Of a stretch of DNA of 57,399 bases, positions 35,403 to 44,511 are shown in pieces. Under the pieces are notes generated by a model. It made no database searches. It saw nothing but the letters and a program-made list of their open reading frames with translations, and had not been told where the DNA came from. Source of the DNA: a virus (lineage: Duplodnaviria > Caudoviricetes); IMG/VR virus record IMGVR_UViG_3300032242_001530, positions 1-57,399 of that record; one strand, given 5' to 3'. The number at the start of each line of letters is the position of its first letter. Position 1 is the stretch's first letter. The position numbers were made by a program, and so were the translations under genes.

Positions 35403-35623
35403 TTTTTACACCAATAATTAGGTTTCACTTTTGCATTAAATAGTTTACAATTTTTTGTACCTGGAACATAGTAATTACAATTTGCACAGTTTTGTTTACT
35501 GTTACCTAATTCATAGTAAGCAGGTAAAGATTTAGGAATAGGTGTACCGTCAGGGTATTGTCTTTCCACCCCACTCGGATACTTCTTTTCTAATTCTTTT
35601 TTAACGTCTTTAAATTTTTTCAT
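35375..35623 (-). CDS. HiPIP-like four-Cys protein
   Basis: Y......QNCANCNYY......CKLF...V.PNYWCKKW; start at the ATGA overlap with the nrdB stop. Confidence 0.7.
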   Translation of the reverse strand: MKKFKDVKKELEKKYPSGVERQYPDGTPIPKSLPAYYELGNSKQNCANCNYYVPGTKNCKLFNAKVKPNYWCKKWIAIQTQK

Positions 35624-36603
35624 GCTGCCTTTCCCCATACCTCATGCCAATCTCCAGATAAAGCACCCTTGGCATAATCTGTTGCTCTGTTCTCAAAGAA
35701 ATTAGTGTGTGTTGGAGCATTAATCATTTCTTCAACCCATGGAAGAGGATTCTTTTTACGCTTGAAGATGCCTTTTAGACCAAGGCTAATTAAGCGTCTA
35801 TCAGCAATATAACGAATATATTCTTTTACATCATTTTCTGTTAACCCTTCGATTGCCCCAGTCCTGAAAGAAAGTTCAATAAACCTGTCTTCCAAGCCAA
35901 CCATGCTCTCTGCAATAGAGTAGATTTTTCCTTTGAGTTCGTCATTCCATATTTCCTTATTTTCTTCGATATAAGTACGGAATAATTTAATCATACCCTC
36001 GGCATGCTGTGTTTCATCCACAATAGACCAAGTAACAATTTGTCCCATACCTCTCATCTTGCCCATGCGAGGGAAGTTAAGTAACATAATAAAGGAACTG
36101 AATAGTTGCATACCTTCAGTAAATGCGCTGAATACAGCAATATGCTCTGCAGTTGAAGCAATCGTACCATTCTTAGATGAAATATCAAGAACAAAGTCAT
36201 GCTTGTCTTTCATTTCCTGATACTCAAGAAATTGATTATATGTAGTATCAGGTAATCCAAGAGTCTCAATTAAATGAGAATATGCCGCAATGTGTAATGC
36301 TTCACGGGCGGCAAAGCCCATTAACATCATTCTTATCTCAGGTTGCGGAAAGTAAGGTAGATAATTTTTGACATATCCACCAGCAACATCAACATCTCCT
36401 TGAGTAAAGAATCTGAAGATGTGGGTAAGGAATTGTTTTTCTTCATTTGTTAGTTTCTTTTTCCAATCTTTTACATCTTCATGCATTGGCACTTCGGTGT
36501 GTAACCAATGACTTTGTTCATGCTTTAACCATGCATCATATGCCCAAGGGTAATTGAATGGTTTAAAAGAATTGCGGTCATCCGTTAATCTTGTCTTTTT
36601 CAT
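35620..36603 (-). CDS. nrdB: ribonucleotide reductase class I beta subunit
   Basis: D ligand (QGDVDV), EALH with radical Tyr (AAY), EG..LFSSF, DETQH, NFFENRATDY. Confidence 0.97.
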   Translation of the reverse strand: MKKTRLTDDRNSFKPFNYPWAYDAWLKHEQSHWLHTEVPMHEDVKDWKKKLTNEEKQFLTHIFRFFTQGDVDVAGGYVKNYLPYFPQPEIRMMLMGFAAREALHIAAYSHLIETLGLPDTTYNQFLEYQEMKDKHDFVLDISSKNGTIASTAEHIAVFSAFTEGMQLFSSFIMLLNFPRMGKMRGMGQIVTWSIVDETQHAEGMIKLFRTYIEENKEIWNDELKGKIYSIAESMVGLEDRFIELSFRTGAIEGLTENDVKEYIRYIADRRLISLGLKGIFKRKKNPLPWVEEMINAPTHTNFFENRATDYAKGALSGDWHEVWGKAA

Positions 36604-36978
36604 TTATTTGTTTTTCTTTCTATAATCTTCTATTGCTGCCTTGATGGCATCTTCTGCTAATATTGAACAATGTATTTTTACGGGTGGGAGAGCAAGCTCT
36701 TCAGCAATCTGGCTATTACGTATGGATCCTGCTTCCTCAAGAGTTCTACCTTTGACCCATTCTGTAATGAGGCTACTACTTGCAATGGCCGACCCACAAC
36801 CGTAGGTTTTGAACCTTGCGTCTTTGATGATTCCATTTTCTACCTTTATTTGAAGTTTCATAACGTCTCCACATGCGGGAGCGCCTACCATACCTGTGCC
36901 TACAGTATCGTCTATTTCAAATTTACCTACATTACGGGGATTTTCGTAATGGTCAACAACCTTATCCGAATACGCCAT
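36604..36978 (-). CDS. iscU: Fe-S cluster scaffold IscU
   Basis: YSDKVVDHYENPRNVG, GAPACGDVM, FKTYGCGSAIAS, LPPVKIHCS. Confidence 0.98.
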   Translation of the reverse strand: MAYSDKVVDHYENPRNVGKFEIDDTVGTGMVGAPACGDVMKLQIKVENGIIKDARFKTYGCGSAIASSSLITEWVKGRTLEEAGSIRNSQIAEELALPPVKIHCSILAEDAIKAAIEDYRKKNK

Positions 36979-36979
36979 A

Positions 36980-37285
36980 TTACATTCGTATTAGTACTTC
37001 TTGATATGCACCATTTACTAACATTAATTGTTTACGATAAGCAATGCCGTCTATGTAAACAATATCATTAGGCTGTTGCATTACTACAGGAGGTTGTTGA
37101 ATGATAACAGGCGGTTGCTGTACTACAACAGGAGGTCTAGTTGCAGCATAAACTACTACACCGCCTATTACTGCAGGTGCTACCCAACCCCATCCGCCGC
37201 CACCATATCGGTGATTGTGATGAGGATACTGAGCATTCGCTGTTAGCGATAAAAATACCAATGTTGCTACTAATAGTTTTTTCAT
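36980..37285 (-). CDS. exported Pro/Val/Gln-rich protein
   Basis: Signal peptide ending ANA, His/Gly patch, glycine-zipper-like segment, PPVVVQQ repeats. Confidence 0.8.
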   Translation of the reverse strand: MKKLLVATLVFLSLTANAQYPHHNHRYGGGGWGWVAPAVIGGVVVYAATRPPVVVQQPPVIIQQPPVVMQQPNDIVYIDGIAYRKQLMLVNGAYQEVLIRM

Positions 37286-37461
37286 TAGTTGTTTCCTTTG
37301 ACTACATTGTGATTAGTTTTATTTTTATCTTGGCAATCAGAGCATTCGCACTTGTTGCAAGAGCAGGGAGAGGATGGGCAGGAGCCTTGACAATGTGCAT
37401 CATGCCCACATCGTTGACAAGTATATCTGACGTATCGTTCGTGTAAAAATGGTGTTGGCAT
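37285..37461 (-). CDS. metallothionein-like Cys-rich peptide
   Basis: 9 Cys and 2 His in CQRCGHDAHCQGSCPSSPCSCNKCECSDC; start at ATG 37461 with AGGAG SD. Confidence 0.75.
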   Translation of the reverse strand: MPTPFLHERYVRYTCQRCGHDAHCQGSCPSSPCSCNKCECSDCQDKNKTNHNVVKGNN

Positions 37462-37469
37462 ATTTTCTC

Positions 37470-37619
37470 CTACCAATGTCTAATAACGCCTGCTATAATA
37501 AAGCAATTGGTTATTATATATGAGGCTATAATGATTGTTCGTATAATTGCTACTTTGTCTGCGATTTTTTCATCCTTAGACGCTTTTTCTCCAAGCGCCT
37601 TTGCCCAAAGTTTCCACAT
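37470..37619 (-). CDS. 49-aa membrane protein (not in ORF track)
   Basis: MWKLWAKALGEKASKDEKIADKVAIIRTIIIASYIITNCFIIAGVIRHW*; abuts the nrdA stop. Confidence 0.8.
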   Translation of the reverse strand: MWKLWAKALGEKASKDEKIADKVAIIRTIIIASYIITNCFIIAGVIRHW

Positions 37620-39440
37620 TTAACCCTCGCATGCTAAGCAAGTATCTCCTTCGATCATTGCCTTCATATCTAATTCTTTAATAACTTCTCTTTCGATTCT
37701 CTTAGAAACTTTATCAGCCTTACCGATTTTTTCAGAGCGGCAATAGTAAAGGGTTTTCAATCCTTGCTTCCAAGCCATAAAATGCACAGCGTGTAGATAT
37801 TTAATATTTGCATCTGGTCTAAAGAATAAATTAACGGATTGTGCTTGGTCAATATATTGCTGTCTATCGGCAGCATGTTGAATAACCCAGCGTTGGTCAA
37901 TTTCCATAGATGTTTTGAATACATCCTTCGTCCAATCATCCATCCAAGTTAGATGTTGCACTGAACCATCATTCGCAATAATTGAAGACCATATTTCTGC
38001 ATACATTTCCTCACCCTTGGGTGTTAAAGGTGCTCCACTGGATGAAAGATAATTCATAATAACTTTATCAAGCCATTTATTTTTATTCAATGAAGAACCA
38101 CTTAAAGTATCCTGTCTATAAGCATTTGCCCGTAACGGCTCAATGCTAGGAGAAGTATTCCCCATGATAATGGAAGAAGAAGCGTTAGGAGCAATAGCAA
38201 GCATATGAGAGAAACGGCGTCCAGTACCTGTCGCATCGGGCGCTTCGCCTCTTTCAGATCCGAGTTTGATGTTGGCATCGTCTAGTCCCTTTCGGATATG
38301 TTTAAAGATTTGATGATTTCTTCCCACTGCCATTGCGCTTTCCCATGGCACATTATTTTTCTGCAAATAAGCATGCCAGCCTAGAGCTCCAATACCAATG
38401 CTACGCTCATTGCGAGCAGAGTGAATAGCCCTGGAAATGGCACTAGGTGCATTATCAATAAAATACTGTAAAACGTTATCAAGCATTTCAGCAACATCAC
38501 GAAGGAAGAGAGATTCAGATTTCCACTCATCAAAGTACTCCAAGTTTAAAGATGATAAACAACATACTGCAGTACGATCTTTATCTGTAGGTAAAATAAT
38601 TTCAGAACATAAATTAGATTGCTTAATGCTCAAACCAAGTTTCTTTTGAAACTCAGGCATCGTTCTGTTACTTGTATCAATGAAATGTAAATAAGGTTCA
38701 CCTGTTTGCATTCTCATTTCTAAAATGCGTTGCCATAATTCTCTAGCAGAAATAGTATCACGTACTTCTCCAGAATGAGGATCTTTTAATTCCCATGTAT
38801 CATCTGCATCTTTATTCAACATACAATTTTCAACCAACTGCATAAAATCATCAGTGATATTAATACCGTGATGCAAATTAAGTGTCCTCATATTGGGATC
38901 ACCCGTTGGTTTTCTCATCTCTAAAAAGATAAGGATATCGGGATGAGAGATATCAAGATAAGCAGCATAAGACCCCCTCCGCGTCCGCCCTTGTCTGTAT
39001 GCCAAACTACTAGCATCATAAGTGCGAAGATGAGGCATAACGCCAACGCTTTTATCATCTGCAGATCTAATACCAATTCCAATTCCGACTCCTCCGCCCA
39101 GCATGCTGAGCCAATTTACTTCCGCGAGAGTATTGACCAGGCCTTCAGCACTGTCATCGAGATATGGTAAGAAACAAGAAATAGGCAACCCGCGCTTGCT
39201 ACGACCAAAGCTAAGAATGGGAGTAGAATAAGAAAGCCAATGCTTAGACGAGTACTCGTAAAGTCTTTGTGAATGCTCCGCATTAGAGCCAAACGCTTTG
39301 GATACATAAGCGAACCTTTCTTGAGGGGATACCTCATCGTCTTTCATGTAACTCTCTTTTAATCTTTTAATACCTAATTCATCAAATAAACTATCTCTAG
39401 TATAATCGACATTAATCCCATGGACTACATCTTTAGTCAT
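37620..39440 (-). CDS. nrdA: ribonucleotide reductase class I alpha subunit (short, no ATP cone)
   Basis: PISCF, SNLCSEI, VCCLSS, APNASSS, KTLYY, C-terminal CLAC; 606 aa. Confidence 0.97.
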   Translation of the reverse strand: MTKDVVHGINVDYTRDSLFDELGIKRLKESYMKDDEVSPQERFAYVSKAFGSNAEHSQRLYEYSSKHWLSYSTPILSFGRSKRGLPISCFLPYLDDSAEGLVNTLAEVNWLSMLGGGVGIGIGIRSADDKSVGVMPHLRTYDASSLAYRQGRTRRGSYAAYLDISHPDILIFLEMRKPTGDPNMRTLNLHHGINITDDFMQLVENCMLNKDADDTWELKDPHSGEVRDTISARELWQRILEMRMQTGEPYLHFIDTSNRTMPEFQKKLGLSIKQSNLCSEIILPTDKDRTAVCCLSSLNLEYFDEWKSESLFLRDVAEMLDNVLQYFIDNAPSAISRAIHSARNERSIGIGALGWHAYLQKNNVPWESAMAVGRNHQIFKHIRKGLDDANIKLGSERGEAPDATGTGRRFSHMLAIAPNASSSIIMGNTSPSIEPLRANAYRQDTLSGSSLNKNKWLDKVIMNYLSSSGAPLTPKGEEMYAEIWSSIIANDGSVQHLTWMDDWTKDVFKTSMEIDQRWVIQHAADRQQYIDQAQSVNLFFRPDANIKYLHAVHFMAWKQGLKTLYYCRSEKIGKADKVSKRIEREVIKELDMKAMIEGDTCLACEG

Positions 39441-39457
39441 TCTTACTCCAATTTTTA

Positions 39458-39715
39458 TTATTTTACTGATTCAAAAATATTTTTTTGTATTTGATACCAT
39501 TCAACCCATGCATCTGTTTTAACTGCACAATCATAGTATGTAGTATAATTTATCGTTACTGTGTTAGCAACATCACTTAGCTTTGCGCTTTCTTTTAGTT
39601 CTTGCAATTGCGGACATTTCTGCATTGCATATCCAGGTGGTTCTGGAAATTTTGATGTGACAGGAACTGTCGTTGAACATCCTGCCAATATTAATAGAGA
39701 TAATAAGTATTTCAT
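39458..39715 (-). CDS. o-spanin (Rz1-like lipoprotein)
   Basis: Lipobox LAGC, Pro-rich periplasmic part; overlaps the i-spanin stop. Confidence 0.85.
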   Translation of the reverse strand: MKYLLSLLILAGCSTTVPVTSKFPEPPGYAMQKCPQLQELKESAKLSDVANTVTINYTTYYDCAVKTDAWVEWYQIQKNIFESVK

Positions 39716-40134
39716 TGTTTCGCTGCTTTATTGTGTATATCAATAAATTCTTTAGGTATTACACAAGTATTATCGTATTTAATTATTTCTCTATCTATAT
39801 ATTGTTTTATTACTTGTCTATTTCCTGCAAGTTGGGATGTTCTATTATTTATTTTTGCTTCCAACTTTTTATTTGCTTCTTTGCTCTGTTCCTCAGCTTT
39901 TGCAACTTTTGCTTCCATTTCTTTTACTCTAGCTACCCAGGCATCATTATCAAATATAGCTCCCTCAAAGAAAATACCTATCGCAAGTAAGGCAACCCCT
40001 GCATATCGCACAGGGATTTTATATTGTCTAACAAGGGGAATAAAACCTAGAAAAACACTAGAAAGTATTGCTAGAACGCCCAGTCCAACAATCCAATGAA
40101 ATATAGCGTTAGGAAGAAAAGAAAGTATCCACAT
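39712..40134 (-). CDS. i-spanin (Rz-like)
   Basis: N-terminal TM segments, coiled coil, C..P..F...HN.AA tail. Confidence 0.8.
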   Translation of the reverse strand: MWILSFLPNAIFHWIVGLGVLAILSSVFLGFIPLVRQYKIPVRYAGVALLAIGIFFEGAIFDNDAWVARVKEMEAKVAKAEEQSKEANKKLEAKINNRTSQLAGNRQVIKQYIDREIIKYDNTCVIPKEFIDIHNKAAKQ

Positions 40135-40166
40135 TTTTAATTACTCCGAGAGTAATATATATCTTT

Positions 40167-40829
40167 TCATAACTCTTTAGTCAGGGGAAATATCTCGGAA
40201 ATAGCCTGTGCGCAAGCCTTAGCAACTTCAATATGTTCTTTTTGTGTGCCATTTTCTGACCTAAGTTGAATATAATGTATCCAACTACGAAGAGTTCCAG
40301 CCATATAAAGGCGACTTTCAATAAGTCCTTCGGGTAATACTACTCTCGCTTGCTCTTTCGCGATTCCGTTGGTAATAGCCCACATATACGCATCTTTAGA
40401 CGCTTTAATAATTGTTTGCTGTTTTTCTTTCCATAGGCGATCTAATTCGCGATCTTCATGCTTACTAAAGTCTAATTCAATGGAATTTTGTCTATTTTGT
40501 TTGTCCTGTATACGAGCATCCCGTAATTCAAATTCTAAATCTTTTGTTGGATCGGCATATCGCTGACTATATTCTTGAAATGAGAATGATCTGTGTCTTA
40601 ACATTTGTCTTGCAATATCTCTTGTAGTTACAATCTCAAGAGTAAGAGATACCATCTCTAAAGGAGACCAATGTTTATTTGCAATAAGGTATTTAATTAA
40701 CTTCTCGGAAGTTTCCTTGTTGCTTTGATTAGATGGATTAGAAACTCTAGCACAAAATGCCACGAGTTCCGTCATATTTTCTGCGAAATACTCCGCAGGT
40801 TGAGAGTATGAGTGTAATCTAACTTGCAT
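40167..40829 (-). CDS. thyX: FAD-dependent thymidylate synthase
   Basis: RHRSFSFQEYSQRY ThyX motif; HWSPLE; EQAR.VLP. Confidence 0.97.
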   Translation of the reverse strand: MQVRLHSYSQPAEYFAENMTELVAFCARVSNPSNQSNKETSEKLIKYLIANKHWSPLEMVSLTLEIVTTRDIARQMLRHRSFSFQEYSQRYADPTKDLEFELRDARIQDKQNRQNSIELDFSKHEDRELDRLWKEKQQTIIKASKDAYMWAITNGIAKEQARVVLPEGLIESRLYMAGTLRSWIHYIQLRSENGTQKEHIEVAKACAQAISEIFPLTKEL

Positions 40830-40830
40830 A

Positions 40831-41058
40831 TTAATGTATTTGTATGTCTCTTTTAGTTTTTGGTCTTATGGATATACTAGCTGTTAATTTTTTAAAATCC
40901 TCATCTGAACCAACATATTCATTTGTTAATAAAAGTCTAGCTAAAATGATAGAACTTAGTATTAATGGTTCTATTTCATGTTTCTGAAGCATAGATGAAA
41001 TAAAGTCATCTACATCATACGCCATTGATTCCATACCATTTTTCATAATCAATCCCAC
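40831..41058 (-). CDS. hypothetical protein
   Basis: Up to 75 aa; start uncertain. Confidence 0.65.
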   Translation of the reverse strand: MGLIMKNGMESMAYDVDDFISSMLQKHEIEPLILSSIILARLLLTNEYVGSDEDFKKLTASISIRPKTKRDIQIH

Positions 41059-41696
41059 AATCCTTGATAATATTTACCAAACAATCTAAATCCATTTTGT
41101 ATTCTAGCTTCGTAGACCTTCATGCCTTCCCAGTCTATCGTTTGCGTATGATTAGGACCTTCTTTCATTTGGTATAGCTTACCATACTTTTCACTTGGAA
41201 CTTCAACATGTATATAATCAGCAACACCTGTATAAAATTGAGACTGCCAATCATCATCTAATTTAGATTGATGTGCAAAGATCATTTCATTCAATACATA
41301 ATCCCAACGAGCAAAATGGTGACCATCAACATCATATTCATCCTTAGCAGGCGAAGTCCAAGATTGTAATTCTATTGGTACATCCTCATCATCGACATTC
41401 GGTGAACCGTGTTTTGTTTCTTTTAGTTGTTTGAGCATCGGCACAACAATACTAGACAGGGTATGATCCATAGACCAAGTATCCCAGTAATCAACTTTTA
41501 CATATTCTACTCTTGGATGGATAAAGTCTAGAATATTTTGTAGTACTTTACTAAAGGGCTCTAGACGGTCTGCCCATTTTTCAACCCAAGGAGTGTCATA
41601 GGAAATATTTTCCCAATCTTTCCACCACAAAACTTTTTCAAGTATTTTGTATGGACTGAGCCAATGATGTCTATAGTTGTTTATGTAAACTTTCAT
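41049..41696 (-). CDS. conserved hypothetical protein
   Basis: Start reassigned to MKVYINNY (41696, TAATG); DTWSMDHTL...GFRLFGKYYQGLWD. Confidence 0.8.
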   Translation of the reverse strand: MKVYINNYRHHWLSPYKILEKVLWWKDWENISYDTPWVEKWADRLEPFSKVLQNILDFIHPRVEYVKVDYWDTWSMDHTLSSIVVPMLKQLKETKHGSPNVDDEDVPIELQSWTSPAKDEYDVDGHHFARWDYVLNEMIFAHQSKLDDDWQSQFYTGVADYIHVEVPSEKYGKLYQMKEGPNHTQTIDWEGMKVYEARIQNGFRLFGKYYQGLWD

Positions 41697-42148
41697 TAGT
41701 AATCCTTTTTCTCGCCTTCCTTCGTAAAGAAAGCGTTCATTTTCATTTCTTTGTTCCAATTCTTTGCATAATCATTTTCATTATCGCAAAGTTCAAAAGC
41801 ATCTTCTTCAGAGATAACTCGGTGGCTAACAATGGTCTCACCTAAGTGCTTCTGACTAAATTCTTTTGCATCATTCATTGTTACAGTATCAAGTGCCCAA
41901 TCAGCTTTGCCTTTAGGTACTTCTATCATATAACGCTCACGGAATGTACTAATAGCCTCAACCATTACCCATTCTTTTTCTTGTGATATTTCTTTTTTGC
42001 GTAGTACCCAAGAACCATCTTTTTGATCTAGCCATTCTAAAGTATCGCCCACATCCCAGCCAGTCTCACTAAAGATTTCATCATCCAAAGGCAATACCAA
42101 GTCACCAGTATCAGGATCTGTAACTAATTTAACAACTGCAGATTTCAT
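41696..42148 (-). CDS. AbrB/MazE-like N-terminal domain protein
   Basis: GDLVLPL.......GW..GDTLEW swapped-hairpin pattern plus a C-terminal domain. Confidence 0.75.
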   Translation of the reverse strand: MKSAVVKLVTDPDTGDLVLPLDDEIFSETGWDVGDTLEWLDQKDGSWVLRKKEISQEKEWVMVEAISTFRERYMIEVPKGKADWALDTVTMNDAKEFSQKHLGETIVSHRVISEEDAFELCDNENDYAKNWNKEMKMNAFFTKEGEKKDY

Positions 42149-42149
42149 A

Positions 42150-43172
42150 TTAACACCTTTTCCATTCTGTAAATTTCATCTTAGCTTCTAAACCTGAGAA
42201 TACATTTTTTGCTATAACCTTTTTAGCATCAATACCATTCTCAACCATTTCATTTATGTCCTTCTCTTCGATGTTCTGAGGCCATATAACCACATTATAA
42301 TGTCTATCTATGATCTTGTCAAGCACTCGGCAAACATCCTTATTTCTCGGCTGGTTATCCACAATCATAACCAATTTATCTTTCGGTAAATCCAAGGTTT
42401 CCATTTTACCGAAAGATGTTCCGCCAACTGCTATTGCATTTGGTAAAAACAAACTATCCAGCGGACCCTCAGTTACATAAATTGTTTTAGTTTTGTCAAC
42501 CTCATTCATACCAAAAATTAAAGGATCTTCTTCCTTAATTTTAATAACCAAATATCTTAACGATTCTCCTCGCAACCCCCTACAAGTTACTCCTGATAAC
42601 TGTCCGATATTATTATAAAAAGGAATAACTAATCTTGGTTCTTCCGTTGTTATTTTGTCTTTGTATTTATCAGATAGTTGGACGATATTCTTGATATTAT
42701 CAATAAAATATAATCGTTTGAACATCTCCCTTGGAATTTTTCTACCTAAACAAAATTTTACAACTTCGTGGTCTTCGGGCAAAGTATCAACTCGATCCAA
42801 TAGTTTATCTAATAGTGTTTCTTCTTTCTTTTCAAAAACTGGCTCTACCATTTTGAATTTGTTTTCAATCTTTTGATGAGGTTTGTTAAATGGTAAACCC
42901 TCATTGTATCGTTCCATTACATATTGATTGTACTGATAACCATCTAACTGCTTTAGGAATGAACCGAAATGCATAGACACACTGCAGTTATGACACTTAT
43001 AAAATAGGTCATTCTTTTGAGGATAAAAGAATCCTCTTGCTTTATTCTTTTTGGTTTGTGAGTCTCCGCAGATGATACAACGACAATTATACAACCTTTC
43101 GCTCTTTTGTTTAAAAAGAGGAAGCCGACTGCTTATAAGTTTTAAGTATTTAAGATCAGTAAATAATGACAA
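42150..43172 (-). CDS. gp61: T4 gp61-like DNA primase
   Basis: Zn finger CIICGDS...CHNC; TOPRIM EGPLDSLF, DNQPRN, KDINEM; TTG start with TAAGGAG SD. Confidence 0.95.
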   Translation of the reverse strand: MSLFTDLKYLKLISSRLPLFKQKSERLYNCRCIICGDSQTKKNKARGFFYPQKNDLFYKCHNCSVSMHFGSFLKQLDGYQYNQYVMERYNEGLPFNKPHQKIENKFKMVEPVFEKKEETLLDKLLDRVDTLPEDHEVVKFCLGRKIPREMFKRLYFIDNIKNIVQLSDKYKDKITTEEPRLVIPFYNNIGQLSGVTCRGLRGESLRYLVIKIKEEDPLIFGMNEVDKTKTIYVTEGPLDSLFLPNAIAVGGTSFGKMETLDLPKDKLVMIVDNQPRNKDVCRVLDKIIDRHYNVVIWPQNIEEKDINEMVENGIDAKKVIAKNVFSGLEAKMKFTEWKRC

Positions 43173-43194
43173 AGAAGACTCCTTACGAGCCTCA

Positions 43195-43223
43195 ATTATA
43201 ATATAATTTGACTAAGGAGTCAA
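43195..43223 (-). promoter_or_regulatory. sigma70-type promoter for the primase/nucleotide-metabolism block
   Basis: TTGACT-17 bp-TATAAT in the 55-bp intergenic gap. Confidence 0.85.
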
Positions 43224-43227
43224 GTGT

Positions 43228-43566
43228 TTAGAACAACTTGTCCAATTTGATGTGAGCCAATACGTAGCCCGCAGCAATAGCACCACCCATTACCATCCAA
43301 CGCCATTTTTCGATTGAAGCCATTTTATCTGCAATCGCTTTATGTTGTTCTGTACTAGATCTGGTTTGCTCATCTAGTTTTTCCATAACTTTTTCGTGTT
43401 TGGTTTCAATATTGGTAATCATATCATCTCGCATTTCGCTGATGCGATGATGCAGTGTTGAGTAGTTAGAATCAATCTTACTCTCAAGTTTTTCCACAGT
43501 GCGGTTAATTCCCTTAACCTCTGTTTCTAATACTGTTATACGTTGTAGTTCTTCTTGATCAGACAT
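43228..43566 (-). CDS. coiled-coil protein with C-terminal TM helix (XhlA/holin-like layout)
   Basis: RITVLETEV coiled coil; IEKWRWMVMGGAIAAGYV. Confidence 0.75.
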   Translation of the reverse strand: MSDQEELQRITVLETEVKGINRTVEKLESKIDSNYSTLHHRISEMRDDMITNIETKHEKVMEKLDEQTRSSTEQHKAIADKMASIEKWRWMVMGGAIAAGYVLAHIKLDKLF

Positions 43567-44119
43567 TAGGTTTTCCTCTTGTGAACATTGCGTTTGACGC
43601 AGTCCATTTCTTTTGTGCTTTTCTACTCACAGGAACATCTTTACCAAGTCCAGCTATACCTGCAGTTGCCATTGCATTATTTGCTGCTACTGCTGGGGCT
43701 TCGCCTTCTTCTGAAAATTGTCTGAAGGTTAAAATTTTACTTTTGTCAAATGCTTCATTTACAATTCTAATTTCTTCAGTTAAATCTGAATCTAATTTAT
43801 TTATAAATCTTTCTTCTAAATTGATAGATTCTTTATTGTTGTCATAGTCTTCTCTGACTAAAGCATATGCTGCAGCAAGAGAGGCAATCTTTTTATTTTC
43901 AATTGGCATCTTTTCTACAATACGTTTTAGTCTAAATACTAATCTGTGTAATAATGTATAAGCATCTCGTTCTTCTACGGTATGAAGATCTCTCATACTT
44001 TTAAGTTCTTTACCTCTGGCGTCAATGATGCCAAGACGAAATGCTTCCGTTTGATTGAACGGAGTAACAAGCATATGTAATATTCTATATGCGATTACTG
44101 AATCTACAAATTTTCCCAT
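43559..44119 (-). CDS. conserved T4-like hypothetical (probable virion) protein
   Basis: YRIL..LVTPF...AF.LGIID..G, AYT..HRLVF.LKR. Confidence 0.8.
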   Translation of the reverse strand: MGKFVDSVIAYRILHMLVTPFNQTEAFRLGIIDARGKELKSMRDLHTVEERDAYTLLHRLVFRLKRIVEKMPIENKKIASLAAAYALVREDYDNNKESINLEERFINKLDSDLTEEIRIVNEAFDKSKILTFRQFSEEGEAPAVAANNAMATAGIAGLGKDVPVSRKAQKKWTASNAMFTRGKPNV

Positions 44120-44120
44120 T

Positions 44121-44510
44121 TTAAATATTCTTTAAATTTTCTAAAATTGTTTGGTCTACAGGTATTTGATTGTCTAATATCTCTACACCCTCTGATACTA
44201 TAACTTTCATTGGCATATAATTTAAAAATACAAGAAAGGTTTTTATCTGAGGCCAAAACTTTTCTTCTAGTTTAAAAAACAACATTTTAGTTGTTGCTTC
44301 TATACCAAATAAATTACCAAGTACAATTATATGATTTAAGATTAATCTCTCTTTTAATTCTTTACCAACATTATGTTTTCTTAATAATCTTTTTATGTAT
44401 TTAAATCTTTTAAGGTCATCAAGAAACTCATCCATTCCATTACATGATGGATTATCATAATTTTTTATGGCGTACATTATGAAATTATCTTCAGTCAATT
44501 CAGTTATCAT
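44121..44510 (-). CDS. conserved T4-like hypothetical protein
   Basis: ELTEDNF..YA.K.YDNP.C...F.DDLKRFKYIKRL..ERLILNH. Confidence 0.85.
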   Translation of the reverse strand: MITELTEDNFIMYAIKNYDNPSCNGMDEFLDDLKRFKYIKRLLRKHNVGKELKERLILNHIIVLGNLFGIEATTKMLFFKLEEKFWPQIKTFLVFLNYMPMKVIVSEGVEILDNQIPVDQTILENLKNI

Positions 44511-44511
44511 T

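Noticed and set aside
35620-40829. Introns or inteins in nrdA, nrdB or thyX
   Set aside because: The ORFs are continuous and of normal or short length, with no intein motifs.
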